Sequence record: SRR20825006_999
DNA: 64,000 bases
Reading direction: 5' to 3' (one strand)
Each line of letters begins with the position of its first letter. Positions within the stretch are counted from its first letter, which is position 1. Shown here in pieces: positions 55,625 to 64,000 of this stretch. The notes beneath the pieces were generated by a model that saw only the letters and a program-made list of their open reading frames with translations, searched no databases and was not told the DNA's origin. Both the position numbers and the translations under genes were made by a program.

Positions 55625-56983
55625 TTAAGACTTACCGTTTGTGATTTTTGGAATTCGGTATTCTATATAAAATTCATTCCTGAGTTCCATTAGCCATTCT
55701 TTGTACACTTTGGCTTGCTTTTGTTGCATGGTAATTGCTTTTAATCGTTCATAATCGAGTTCAAAACTTGCAACGTGCTCGGCAACTTGTTTATCTAAAC
55801 GTATGATTCTAAATCCTTTACCAGAGTTCGCATTATTTGGATTAAATTGCTTTGGCTCGGAAATCTGGCCTAACTCATCCATTAAAAGTACAACTCTATA
55901 TAGGGTTGGGTCGAGTCGAGTAAGTGGTATTAACCGCTCACCTGATTGTGGATCCACGATTTTACCACCTGATTGAGCTGTGGATGGATCTTCACTATTT
56001 CTTTTAGCAAAGTCAGAAAATTTATAGTCAGGATTACTTAATAAGCTATCTCTGATGGCGTTTAATTTGTTAATAGCATATTGATCGTCCAATTGATTAG
56101 CATCAACTTTAATAAGCACATGATTAGTTTCAATTTGATCTCCAACTCTCTTATTCAATCGGATAATGTGATAACCGAATTCAGTTTTTACCACTTCAGA
56201 AATATCACCAGGTTTCAATGCTGAAGCCGCAGCAGAAAACTCAGAAACTAAATCATTTAATGACATCATAGGAAGTAAACCACCGTTTACAGCAGTACCA
56301 TCTGTACTGTGTCTTTTCGCGATATCTTCAATACTTACTCCATGGTTTATAATTGAATCTCTAAGAGTTTCAGCAAGTTTGTAAGCACCATCAGTTGCGT
56401 CAGCTTTTGGGGGAGGAAGAACCACAATATGTGAAAGGGCTACTTGCTCAGGAATAGTAGGTAATGAGTCTGTTGGGATAGAATTGAAGAATTCTAAAAC
56501 TTCAGGTCGAGTTACTTTTATAGTAGACAGCTTTTGCTGAGGAACCATTTCAGCTATCAATTGATTTCGGAAATCTTCTCTAAAATCAGCTTTTAACTGT
56601 ATTATAGATTTTCCAAAAGCTTGTTCTAAAGCTTGTTCGCTTCCAGCTCTTTGAATTAGTTGTTGAACCCGAGCATCCATCTGACGGTTTACTTTTTCAT
56701 CTGGTATAGTAATGGAATCGAGTTTTGCTTTTTCAAGCAATACATAATTATCAATTTCAGACTCAAGAAAAGTATACCAAAGTTCTTTTGTAAAAGGTAT
56801 TTCTTGTTGACTAAACTGCGCTTGGCGGAGATAGTCAGCTATTCCTTGGTCTACATCTGATTTTAAGATGGCATGACTATTAACGATAGCTACAATTTGA
56901 TCTGCTACTTGAGGAGTTGACTGAGCGGTAACATTACCACCAACAAGTAAAAGAAGTAGACTTAACAGGATATAATTCTTCAT
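55625..56983 (-). CDS. surA: SurA-like periplasmic chaperone/parvulin PPIase
   Basis: 'DQIVAIVN..ILKSD' SurA N-domain; two rotamase domains ('LSHI', 'GGLL', 'TEFGYHII', 'SED..TA.SGG'). Confidence 0.85.
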   Translation of the reverse strand: MKNYILLSLLLLLVGGNVTAQSTPQVADQIVAIVNSHAILKSDVDQGIADYLRQAQFSQQEIPFTKELWYTFLESEIDNYVLLEKAKLDSITIPDEKVNRQMDARVQQLIQRAGSEQALEQAFGKSIIQLKADFREDFRNQLIAEMVPQQKLSTIKVTRPEVLEFFNSIPTDSLPTIPEQVALSHIVVLPPPKADATDGAYKLAETLRDSIINHGVSIEDIAKRHSTDGTAVNGGLLPMMSLNDLVSEFSAAASALKPGDISEVVKTEFGYHIIRLNKRVGDQIETNHVLIKVDANQLDDQYAINKLNAIRDSLLSNPDYKFSDFAKRNSEDPSTAQSGGKIVDPQSGERLIPLTRLDPTLYRVVLLMDELGQISEPKQFNPNNANSGKGFRIIRLDKQVAEHVASFELDYERLKAITMQQKQAKVYKEWLMELRNEFYIEYRIPKITNGKS

Positions 56984-56986
56984 TTT

Positions 56987-57880
56987 CTAATTTAAGTTCA
57001 ATGTATCATTTTTAACTGGCATTGCAGTTGGTTCAGGTAGAACGTCGAAAGTTACTATTTCATTATTTGCCTGACCTTCAAGATAAAGATTCTTAAGGTA
57101 GGAGTTGTATGATCTTCTCTTTTTTTCAAGAGTTAACCAGTTTTGTATTTGATCTACGAGCCAATCTAAATCTGGGTGCTCACCCGCAACTCGTTCTTCA
57201 ATGAGTTGGACGAAGTGATATTGTGTACCAATTTTTTCAATTCGTGAAATTTCAGAAATCCCAATGATCTTTAAATATCTATTTAGTACCGTATAGTCTT
57301 TTAAAGTGGTATTCTCAGGAAAAAAGTGTTCAGATTCTCTGATTTTTAACTCCGGATAAATACAATACTGTTCAGCAACTTTATCCCAAGAAATTCCCGC
57401 CATTAAATTTCTTTTAGCACTTTCAGCATCACTTAAAGATTCAGCAATTAAATGTCTAAAGCGAATATACCGTTCATCAAGTACAAATTTATCTTTGTTT
57501 TCTTGATAGTATCTGCGCGCTTCTTGTTTAGTAACTTGCTCACTATTAGAGTTGGTGTTCATTACTGCCTGTTGAAAGCTATTAATAATAACTTCCTCAC
57601 GCATAGATTTGAGACGGTCTTTTACGTCTGGGGAGCTCAAGATGTTAAGCCTATTTGCCTCCTGAAGAACTAGTTGACGCTCAATCCATTGGTCACGGTA
57701 CAAATTAAAGGCGCCTATACTATCTTCCAATATCGAGCTATCAGGAATCTGCTTGCGAACTTCTTTAAGTGTGAGCTCACTATTTCCTACCCGTGCAAGC
57801 ACAACTTCTGTTGTGCTTGTCGGCTGTGCACACCCTATATAAAGAGTGCCTAAAATGAATAGGAGAGACGCTCTTTTCAT
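56987..57880 (-). CDS. PpiC-type (parvulin-like) lipoprotein
   Basis: Lipobox 'YIGC', 'VLARVG..L', 'YYQENK..F', degenerate rotamase domain. Confidence 0.75.
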   Translation of the reverse strand: MKRASLLFILGTLYIGCAQPTSTTEVVLARVGNSELTLKEVRKQIPDSSILEDSIGAFNLYRDQWIERQLVLQEANRLNILSSPDVKDRLKSMREEVIINSFQQAVMNTNSNSEQVTKQEARRYYQENKDKFVLDERYIRFRHLIAESLSDAESAKRNLMAGISWDKVAEQYCIYPELKIRESEHFFPENTTLKDYTVLNRYLKIIGISEISRIEKIGTQYHFVQLIEERVAGEHPDLDWLVDQIQNWLTLEKKRRSYNSYLKNLYLEGQANNEIVTFDVLPEPTAMPVKNDTLNLN

Positions 57881-57881
57881 T

Positions 57882-59819
57882 TTAGTTAGAATGTTCTTCT
57901 TTAAATGCTTTTCTAAGATTTTTCAAATCAGCTTTAACCTTATATTTTTTCTGCAATTTAGCATTCCAATTCTTTTCTCTTTCTGGTTGATAAGTAGCTA
58001 GTAATCGGTTAAATGATTCATCGAAAGTCATTTTTCTAGCAGGTAAAATATCATTTAAGTACAGATATGATTTTCTCTTTTTGTATTCAAACTCTTTTGA
58101 GAAAGTACTAGGCTTCAAGTTAGCTAGCATGTCATGATATTCTTCATTTTGAATTCCAGAGGAGTCTCTAAGAACCGCAACTTTTGGATAATAAGCGCGG
58201 ATGCTATCTGGATCATTCCCAGCTTTAACAAAATCTATAGCATCAATAAGGGTTGAATCATTAGAACTGAGTAAATAATAATAGCTTCTTTCTTTAAAGC
58301 TATACTCGTTTGGATTCTCGTTGTAAATTTTCCAAAGAGCAGAACTATCAACATTAGCGCTTCCCCAAATATTATCATCGTTTATTTTATAAACTGAAAG
58401 CCCGACTTTGTAGTTGTACAATTGTTTTTCAAACTCAGGAAATTCTTTTACAACTAAAGGTATTAGTTGCTCATCTATTACTTTATCAACATAAGCATCG
58501 AGCCATTCATTTCTGTACTCAATTGCTCTTGCGCTGCCATAATTTTCAATTATAAATTTATGGTAATCGCCAACTGTTTTAGATTCATTTTGAAAAGAAA
58601 TAAGTTTTTCAAGACTGTTATCTGGCATTGAAATGGCTTTAAACCTTGTAGTGTCTTTTGATGAAATAAACGATATATAATTTTTTAAAACTGGCATATT
58701 AGGTTTGTAGTTATAATTATCCTTCATCCAGCTTAATACAAATGAATTGCTTTTTTTAAAGTTCGGTGATGATAGAAACTCTTTCATAAACGATTCTTTT
58801 CTTTCATCGTCACTCTTGAAAGTCTCTACAGAATCTATCTTAAAAATATGGTAACCATAAACTGTTTTAATAGGTTTACTATAAGGAAGTGAAGGGTCCA
58901 CCTTCATAATAACGTCAACAAAATCTGAATTGAAGTTTCTGCCAAATTTAACCCACCCAATATTTCCAGACTTCTCTGAGGATAGTTTGTCTTGAGAATA
59001 ATCAGCCGTAGCCACAACCCATGGTAAGCCTTTTTCAAGGTTACTATAGATATCATTAATTTTCTCTAAATTTTCTTTGGGCTCTGCTCTAAGAAAAATA
59101 TGAGAAACGTTTCGCGCAGGAACGGATTCTCTTTTACCAGTCAAAAGTATAATATGGTATCCAAATTGGGTTCTTACTGGCATAGAAATTTCATCAATAT
59201 CTAAACTGTAAATGGCTTCTTCAAAAGGAGCAACCGTTGTTCCAACACCAAACCATGGTAAATCTCCGCCCATAAGCTGGCCTTGCCGGGTAGAGGAATA
59301 CTGTTGATTTAACTCCTCCATGGTAGCTTGACCAGCTAAATACTTATTTCTAGCCTCAATTAGCGAGTTGTATGCTTTTAAAGTGTCTTGTGGACTAGCG
59401 TCCTCGCTTACAGAAATTAAAACGTGTTGGCTTTTAACTTCGCTACCTGCTTTTTTGTAGTACTCTTCAAACTCAGTTGGCTTTATTCTATTCTCAAGCC
59501 AGTAAGAGTAAGCCGCTTGTTTCGCATAAATTTCATATTCACTCAATAACTCAGGGTCTTCAAAATACCCTAGATCTTTTGCGTTTTGAATTTTTGCTTT
59601 ATAATTTAAATAAATTGGTAGAAACTCTTCTAACTGTAAGAGAGTGGGGGAGTCAGCAGAACCTCTGGTATAGTTATTTTTTAACTCTCCGTATGTGATA
59701 TTCTCTTTCCCAACCTTACCTACTTTTATTTTATCGTTTTTTGATTGTGAAAATAATTGAGTTGAACTGAATACAAGCGTTATTAATAGAAGTCTTAACG
59801 CAATAGATAACTTTCTCAT
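57882..59819 (-). CDS. Multi-domain PpiC-type peptidyl-prolyl isomerase
   Basis: 'SQHVLI', 'GGDLPWF', 'PFEEA', 'PVRTQFGYHII', second domain 'VSHIF..SQD..GNIGW..YGYHIF'. Confidence 0.88.
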   Translation of the reverse strand: MRKLSIALRLLLITLVFSSTQLFSQSKNDKIKVGKVGKENITYGELKNNYTRGSADSPTLLQLEEFLPIYLNYKAKIQNAKDLGYFEDPELLSEYEIYAKQAAYSYWLENRIKPTEFEEYYKKAGSEVKSQHVLISVSEDASPQDTLKAYNSLIEARNKYLAGQATMEELNQQYSSTRQGQLMGGDLPWFGVGTTVAPFEEAIYSLDIDEISMPVRTQFGYHIILLTGKRESVPARNVSHIFLRAEPKENLEKINDIYSNLEKGLPWVVATADYSQDKLSSEKSGNIGWVKFGRNFNSDFVDVIMKVDPSLPYSKPIKTVYGYHIFKIDSVETFKSDDERKESFMKEFLSSPNFKKSNSFVLSWMKDNYNYKPNMPVLKNYISFISSKDTTRFKAISMPDNSLEKLISFQNESKTVGDYHKFIIENYGSARAIEYRNEWLDAYVDKVIDEQLIPLVVKEFPEFEKQLYNYKVGLSVYKINDDNIWGSANVDSSALWKIYNENPNEYSFKERSYYYLLSSNDSTLIDAIDFVKAGNDPDSIRAYYPKVAVLRDSSGIQNEEYHDMLANLKPSTFSKEFEYKKRKSYLYLNDILPARKMTFDESFNRLLATYQPEREKNWNAKLQKKYKVKADLKNLRKAFKEEHSN

Positions 59820-59856
59820 TATAGATGAACGAAATTAACGTGAATATTTAGGTTAT

Positions 59857-61194
59857 TTAATTAGTAAAAAGCATGCCAGCAATAGTTGCTGTCATTAAAG
59901 TAGCCATAGTTCCTGCAAAAACAGCTTTAATGCCAAATTTAGCTAAATCTGCTTTACGTTCTGGGGCAAGGCCACCAATACCACCAATTTGAATGGCGAT
60001 TGAAGAAAAATTAGCAAAACCACAAAGTGCAAAAGTAGCCATAGCAATTGTTTTAGGTGAAATAGAAGCTGCTTGTACTTCTCCGGCAAGTTTTAGATAT
60101 GCTACAAACTCATTAAGAACAATTTTAGTACCTAACAACGAACCCATTGTTGTTGCATCGGCCCAAGGCACTCCAACAATCCAAGCAATTGGAGCAAGAA
60201 CCCAGCCTAAAATCATTTCTATACTTAGAGATTCTCCAATCAGTGCCGTTAAACCAGTAAGGTCACTAATCCAGCCAAACAAACCATTAGCCATTGCTAG
60301 TAATGCTATGAACGCCAATAACATAGCGCCTACATTTAATGCTAAATGTAATCCTACACTAGCTCCAGAAGCAGCAGCGTCAATTCCATTGGCATCAGTT
60401 TTTTCAACAACCATATTTAACGATCCTGCTGTAACAGACTCTTCAGTTTCAGGATATAAAATTTTAGCAATTACCAATGCTGCAGGAGCAGCCATTAAAC
60501 TAGCTCCGAGTAATCTTTCAGCAAAAAGTTGTTGAGCTACTTCAATTTCTAATCCGTTTGCTGCCGCAAATGAGGTTCCTAACATAGCTACATAAGCTGC
60601 CATAACACCACCAGCAATCGTAGCCATGCCACCTGTCATTACCGTAAGAAGTTCAGACTTTGTCATCTTATCGATAAAAGGCTTTATGACGAGAGGAGCC
60701 TCTGTTTGACCCACAAATATGTTAGATATTACCGACAGTGTTTCAGCACCAGAAGTTCCTAGCAATTTCTGCATTCCTTTAGAAAGTATTTTTACTATAA
60801 ACTGTAATACACCATAGTGATATAAAAGAGCAGTAAGCGATGCAAAGAATATTATGGTAGGTAATACCTGAAACGCAAAGATTACTCCAACGCTATCTGA
60901 GTATTCTGGACCATGGCCTAAAAAACCGAAAAGAAAATTCGCGCCCTCACTTGTATATTTTAACACAACTACAAAAAAACCGGCCATATATTCGAATAAA
61001 ATCTTTGGCCAACCTAAGGGGCTAAAAAAACTAGCTAGTTCTTCAGATTTTAGAATAAAAATTGCAAGAGTGAATTGGATTCCTAGACCAGTTCCCACTA
61101 AACGCCAGTTAATTCTCTTTTTATTATTACTAAATAAGAATGCAATTCCTAAAAGGGCTATTACCCCGATTATACCACGAACTATATTTTCCAT
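59857..61194 (-). CDS. nupC: Concentrative nucleoside transporter (NupC/CNT family)
   Basis: 'FAFQVLPTIIFF', 'NIFVGQTEAP', 'GMATIAG', 'NEFVAY', 'FALCGFANFSSIAIQIGG'. Confidence 0.93.
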   Translation of the reverse strand: MENIVRGIIGVIALLGIAFLFSNNKKRINWRLVGTGLGIQFTLAIFILKSEELASFFSPLGWPKILFEYMAGFFVVVLKYTSEGANFLFGFLGHGPEYSDSVGVIFAFQVLPTIIFFASLTALLYHYGVLQFIVKILSKGMQKLLGTSGAETLSVISNIFVGQTEAPLVIKPFIDKMTKSELLTVMTGGMATIAGGVMAAYVAMLGTSFAAANGLEIEVAQQLFAERLLGASLMAAPAALVIAKILYPETEESVTAGSLNMVVEKTDANGIDAAASGASVGLHLALNVGAMLLAFIALLAMANGLFGWISDLTGLTALIGESLSIEMILGWVLAPIAWIVGVPWADATTMGSLLGTKIVLNEFVAYLKLAGEVQAASISPKTIAMATFALCGFANFSSIAIQIGGIGGLAPERKADLAKFGIKAVFAGTMATLMTATIAGMLFTN

Positions 61195-61850
61195 TAAGTG
61201 TGTTCTATGTTTGGATTTTCCGCAAGCGATTGTTGCTGCTCGGGGTTTTTAAAAGGTCTGATGGGTTTCCCTCGTCTTTTATCAACAGAAGGACGGTAGC
61301 AGTGCCTCGCACGAGGTTCATAAGCATCATATTCGCCTACAAGAACTTTATTCGTATCTTCTACAACACGCTGAGAAAAATTCGCCATTGTTCCACTTTC
61401 AGAACAAACAGCATGTAATTTGGTGACATATTCTGCAATAGCCAATAAATAAGGCATGGGGCCAAAAGGTTTTCCTTCAAAGTCCATATCTAATCCTGCT
61501 ATAATAACTCGCTTTCCACTGTTTGCAAGCGTATTGGCAACATCAACTATTCGAGCGTCAAAAAATTGAGCCTCGTCTATACAAACTACTTTCGCATTTC
61601 CAGTTAAAAGAACAATTTGGTCAGCAGTATCTAATAAAATACTTGGCAATGAGTTCTCATTATGAGAAACTACTTCTGTATCGCTATATCTTTTATCTAT
61701 GGCAGGTTTTACAATAACAACATTTTGGCCTGCAATATGTGCACGTTTTGCTCTTCGAATTAATTCTTCAGTTTTTCCACTGAACATACCACCGCATACA
61801 ACTTCAATCCAACCATATTCTCTAGGAGCGAAAGAGGGCTCGTTCATCAT
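61194..61850 (-). CDS. tdk: Thymidine kinase (TK1-like)
   Basis: 'CGGMFSGKTEELIRR', 'KP.ID.RY', 'IDEAQFF', 'AGLDMDF.GKPFG'. Confidence 0.95.
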   Translation of the reverse strand: MMNEPSFAPREYGWIEVVCGGMFSGKTEELIRRAKRAHIAGQNVVIVKPAIDKRYSDTEVVSHNENSLPSILLDTADQIVLLTGNAKVVCIDEAQFFDARIVDVANTLANSGKRVIIAGLDMDFEGKPFGPMPYLLAIAEYVTKLHAVCSESGTMANFSQRVVEDTNKVLVGEYDAYEPRARHCYRPSVDKRRGKPIRPFKNPEQQQSLAENPNIEHT

Positions 61851-62058
61851 CTACACATTTTCTTACAAAGGTTAACCATTATCTTAACTTGGAATATATT
61901 GGGGCTAAAGGACAAAAGGAAAGAAGAAGATTGATTTCTAGGAATTATTTTTTTAAAAGTATAATGTTATGAAATAGATTGGGTCGATTGATGCATTATA
62001 TATAAAGTACTTTACACGATATAATTGAATTTACAGGAATAATTAACAAATATATAAA

Positions 62059-62598
62059 ATGATTACAAGAGCAGAATCACTTTCGCTATTGAATAAATAT
62101 ATACAAAATGAAAGTTTATTAAACCATTCTATAATGGTGGCAAAAGCTATTGAAGCTTATGCTATTAAACTAAGTAAAAACGAAAAAGAGATTGACCTAT
62201 GGTGGACTACTGGGTTACTGCATGACCTTGACTGGGAAAAATATCCAGAAGAACATCCCAATAAAGCAATAAAGGAGATTTTACCAGAGTATAATCTTCC
62301 AGATGAAATGCTTCAGGCTATTGCAGCTCATGCACCTGAGCGTACAGGTGAACAACCAGGTTCTGAATTAGATCGCTATTTATTTGCATGTGATGAGCTT
62401 TCAGGATTCATACATGCTGTTTCTTTAATGCGACCAGAAGGCTACAAGGGAATGAGTGTAAAATCTGTCACAAAAAAACTAAAAACCATCAAATTTGCTG
62501 AAAGCGTTCCTAGAGAGGATATTAAAAAAGGAGCCGAACTTATTCATACAGACTTAAATAATCATATAGGGTTTCTAATCAATGTGTTTAATGACTAA
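62059..62598 (+). CDS. HD-domain (HDIG-like) phosphohydrolase
   Basis: 'NHS..VA', 'GLLHDLDWE', 'AIAAH', 'LFACDELSG', 'SV.KKLK..F'. Confidence 0.88.
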   Translation: MITRAESLSLLNKYIQNESLLNHSIMVAKAIEAYAIKLSKNEKEIDLWWTTGLLHDLDWEKYPEEHPNKAIKEILPEYNLPDEMLQAIAAHAPERTGEQPGSELDRYLFACDELSGFIHAVSLMRPEGYKGMSVKSVTKKLKTIKFAESVPREDIKKGAELIHTDLNNHIGFLINVFND

Positions 62599-62740
62599 TT
62601 ACTCAACACATTAAAAAGCATTATCTTTGTTAAGAGACTATCTAATATCGCTTTGCTCGCTAAGTATTGATTAATAGTATTTTGAAAAAACATATTTAAT
62701 TATTTAATTCGTTTAAATTTTAATTATTAGAGGTAATACT

Positions 62741-63982
62741 ATGAAGAACTTAGCTGTATTAGTTTTCAGTATATGTTTGTTTTCAGTAGCGCCGATAGCA
62801 GCACAGAATGCTAAAACTGCTACTGATTACTCTAACCATATTCATAATGGCGTATCAAACAACCAATTTATTCATGATGAATATAGAGCAAATCAATTTG
62901 TGCCATTTTCAAACTCTTTGAGATACAACAGAGTTGACGGGTTGTTCTTAGGTATAGGTTCAGATATAGCAGATGATGACTTTGGACCAATTCACATTGA
63001 AGGATTAACTATTAAAGGTCAACTTGGCTATTCAACAAACCTTAAACAATGGCAATACAGAGCAGGTGCATACAAGCAGCTAGGTAATGCTCTTAAGGTT
63101 GGGGCTCAAATAATTAACGTTTCTACTACAGATGATGGATGGAGAACTAATCAGATTGAAAACTCAGTTACTTCTTTGATTTCTGGGTACGATTACCACG
63201 ACTATTATAAAGCTGAGGGGTTTCAATTGGTTTCTGAACTCAATCTGGGAAGATATATTCAAGTTTCTGGAAGTTATAACGCCACATCATTTAGTTCATT
63301 GGTAAGTAACCAAGATTACTCTTTATTCAAAGGAGGGAACTTGGCGAGAATTAATCCAGCCATCGATAGCTCTACAGACAGTTTCTATCAGGATAATTTT
63401 GGTGCCAGTCTTACAATTAACAAAAGGCCTTCTTTCCTTAGAACATTTTCTACAAAGTTAGAACTTAAAACTGAATTGGCTGATATCGGCAAGCTTAAGA
63501 ATCCATTCAGCTATAATAAGTATCAAATCACCTCTACCAATTATCTAAAACTTGATAGGAGCACCGTTCTTAAAACAAGAACAATGGTCGGCTCAATAAC
63601 TGGATCGGCACCAGATTTTAAACAGTTTGCCTTAGGTGGTATTGGAACCATGCGAGCTAGTGGTTATAAATTTTACACTGGTAATAAGATGGTTTTAAAC
63701 AATACTGAGCTTATTTTTGGTAGGTTTAGTAGTCTAAGTATGAAGAATATAGAAACTGAAGGAGTTCATCTATCTATTTTCTTAGATTCTGGATGGACAA
63801 CCAACTATGCTTCAGCTGGAAAAGATCCTTTTTCTGGATTTGATACTTTCGCATTCAGCGAGTTATCGCACAATGTTGGTGCAGGTATTGGATTTGGAAT
63901 TCTAAGATTCGAATTAGCTACACCGATTGCTAATTCTCAAGGATATACATCTTTATGGGTTAGACTAAACCCTACTTTTTGA
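62741..63982 (+). CDS. Outer-membrane beta-barrel protein, Omp85/TamA-like barrel
   Basis: Signal peptide, 'RYNRVDGLFLG', alternating beta strands, 'FALGGIGTMR', 'IFLDSG', 'GAGIG', C-terminal Phe. Confidence 0.7.
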   Translation: MKNLAVLVFSICLFSVAPIAAQNAKTATDYSNHIHNGVSNNQFIHDEYRANQFVPFSNSLRYNRVDGLFLGIGSDIADDDFGPIHIEGLTIKGQLGYSTNLKQWQYRAGAYKQLGNALKVGAQIINVSTTDDGWRTNQIENSVTSLISGYDYHDYYKAEGFQLVSELNLGRYIQVSGSYNATSFSSLVSNQDYSLFKGGNLARINPAIDSSTDSFYQDNFGASLTINKRPSFLRTFSTKLELKTELADIGKLKNPFSYNKYQITSTNYLKLDRSTVLKTRTMVGSITGSAPDFKQFALGGIGTMRASGYKFYTGNKMVLNNTELIFGRFSSLSMKNIETEGVHLSIFLDSGWTTNYASAGKDPFSGFDTFAFSELSHNVGAGIGFGILRFELATPIANSQGYTSLWVRLNPTF

Positions 63983-64000
63983 TTTTCATACTAAGCCACA

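Noticed and set aside
59993-60535. 180-aa antisense ORF within nupC
   Set aside because: Shadow of an Ala/Ile/Gly-rich membrane protein gene; no independent motif
1-64000. rRNA, tRNA, CRISPR arrays, prophage or defence islands
   Set aside because: None recognised; intergenic gaps are short and no cas, integrase or phage structural genes are present

Overview
AT-rich, gene-dense bacterial chromosome segment. It is most consistent with a Balneolaceae/Rhodothermota-like FCB-group organism (inferred from the T9SS-type 'QNYPNPFNP' tail, the SurA/PpiC/MoxR gene order and the pilin type). Housekeeping content includes thrABC, rsgA, tadA, apt, tdk-nupC, five PPIase-family genes, a DEAD-box helicase, MATE and MFS transporters, alkaline phosphatase and a T9SS-secreted nuclease. 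No rRNA, tRNA or CRISPR array was seen. Main points of interest: (1) A 9-gene type IV pilus cluster (33642-44007). Its two pilins have no class III leader peptide and no prepilin peptidase lies in the window. Its machinery is remodelled: duplicated PilC N-terminal module, a stand-alone cNMP-binding protein between pilB and pilT, PilT with an altered Asp box, PilM-N and PilO-P-like fusions, and a secretin with a C-terminal SPOR domain. (2) An olsB-olsA-like aminolipid pair followed by a hydrolase-fold/DedA/ATP-grasp fusion. (3) An unannotated Thr/Ile-rich leader peptide upstream of thrA with no classical intrinsic terminator. (4) A lone IS200-like Y1 transposase flanked by four REP-like hairpins. 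(5) A 21-bp hairpin that buries the Shine-Dalgarno sequence of an uncharacterised two-gene operon. All calls come from reading sequence motifs; no database search was run.
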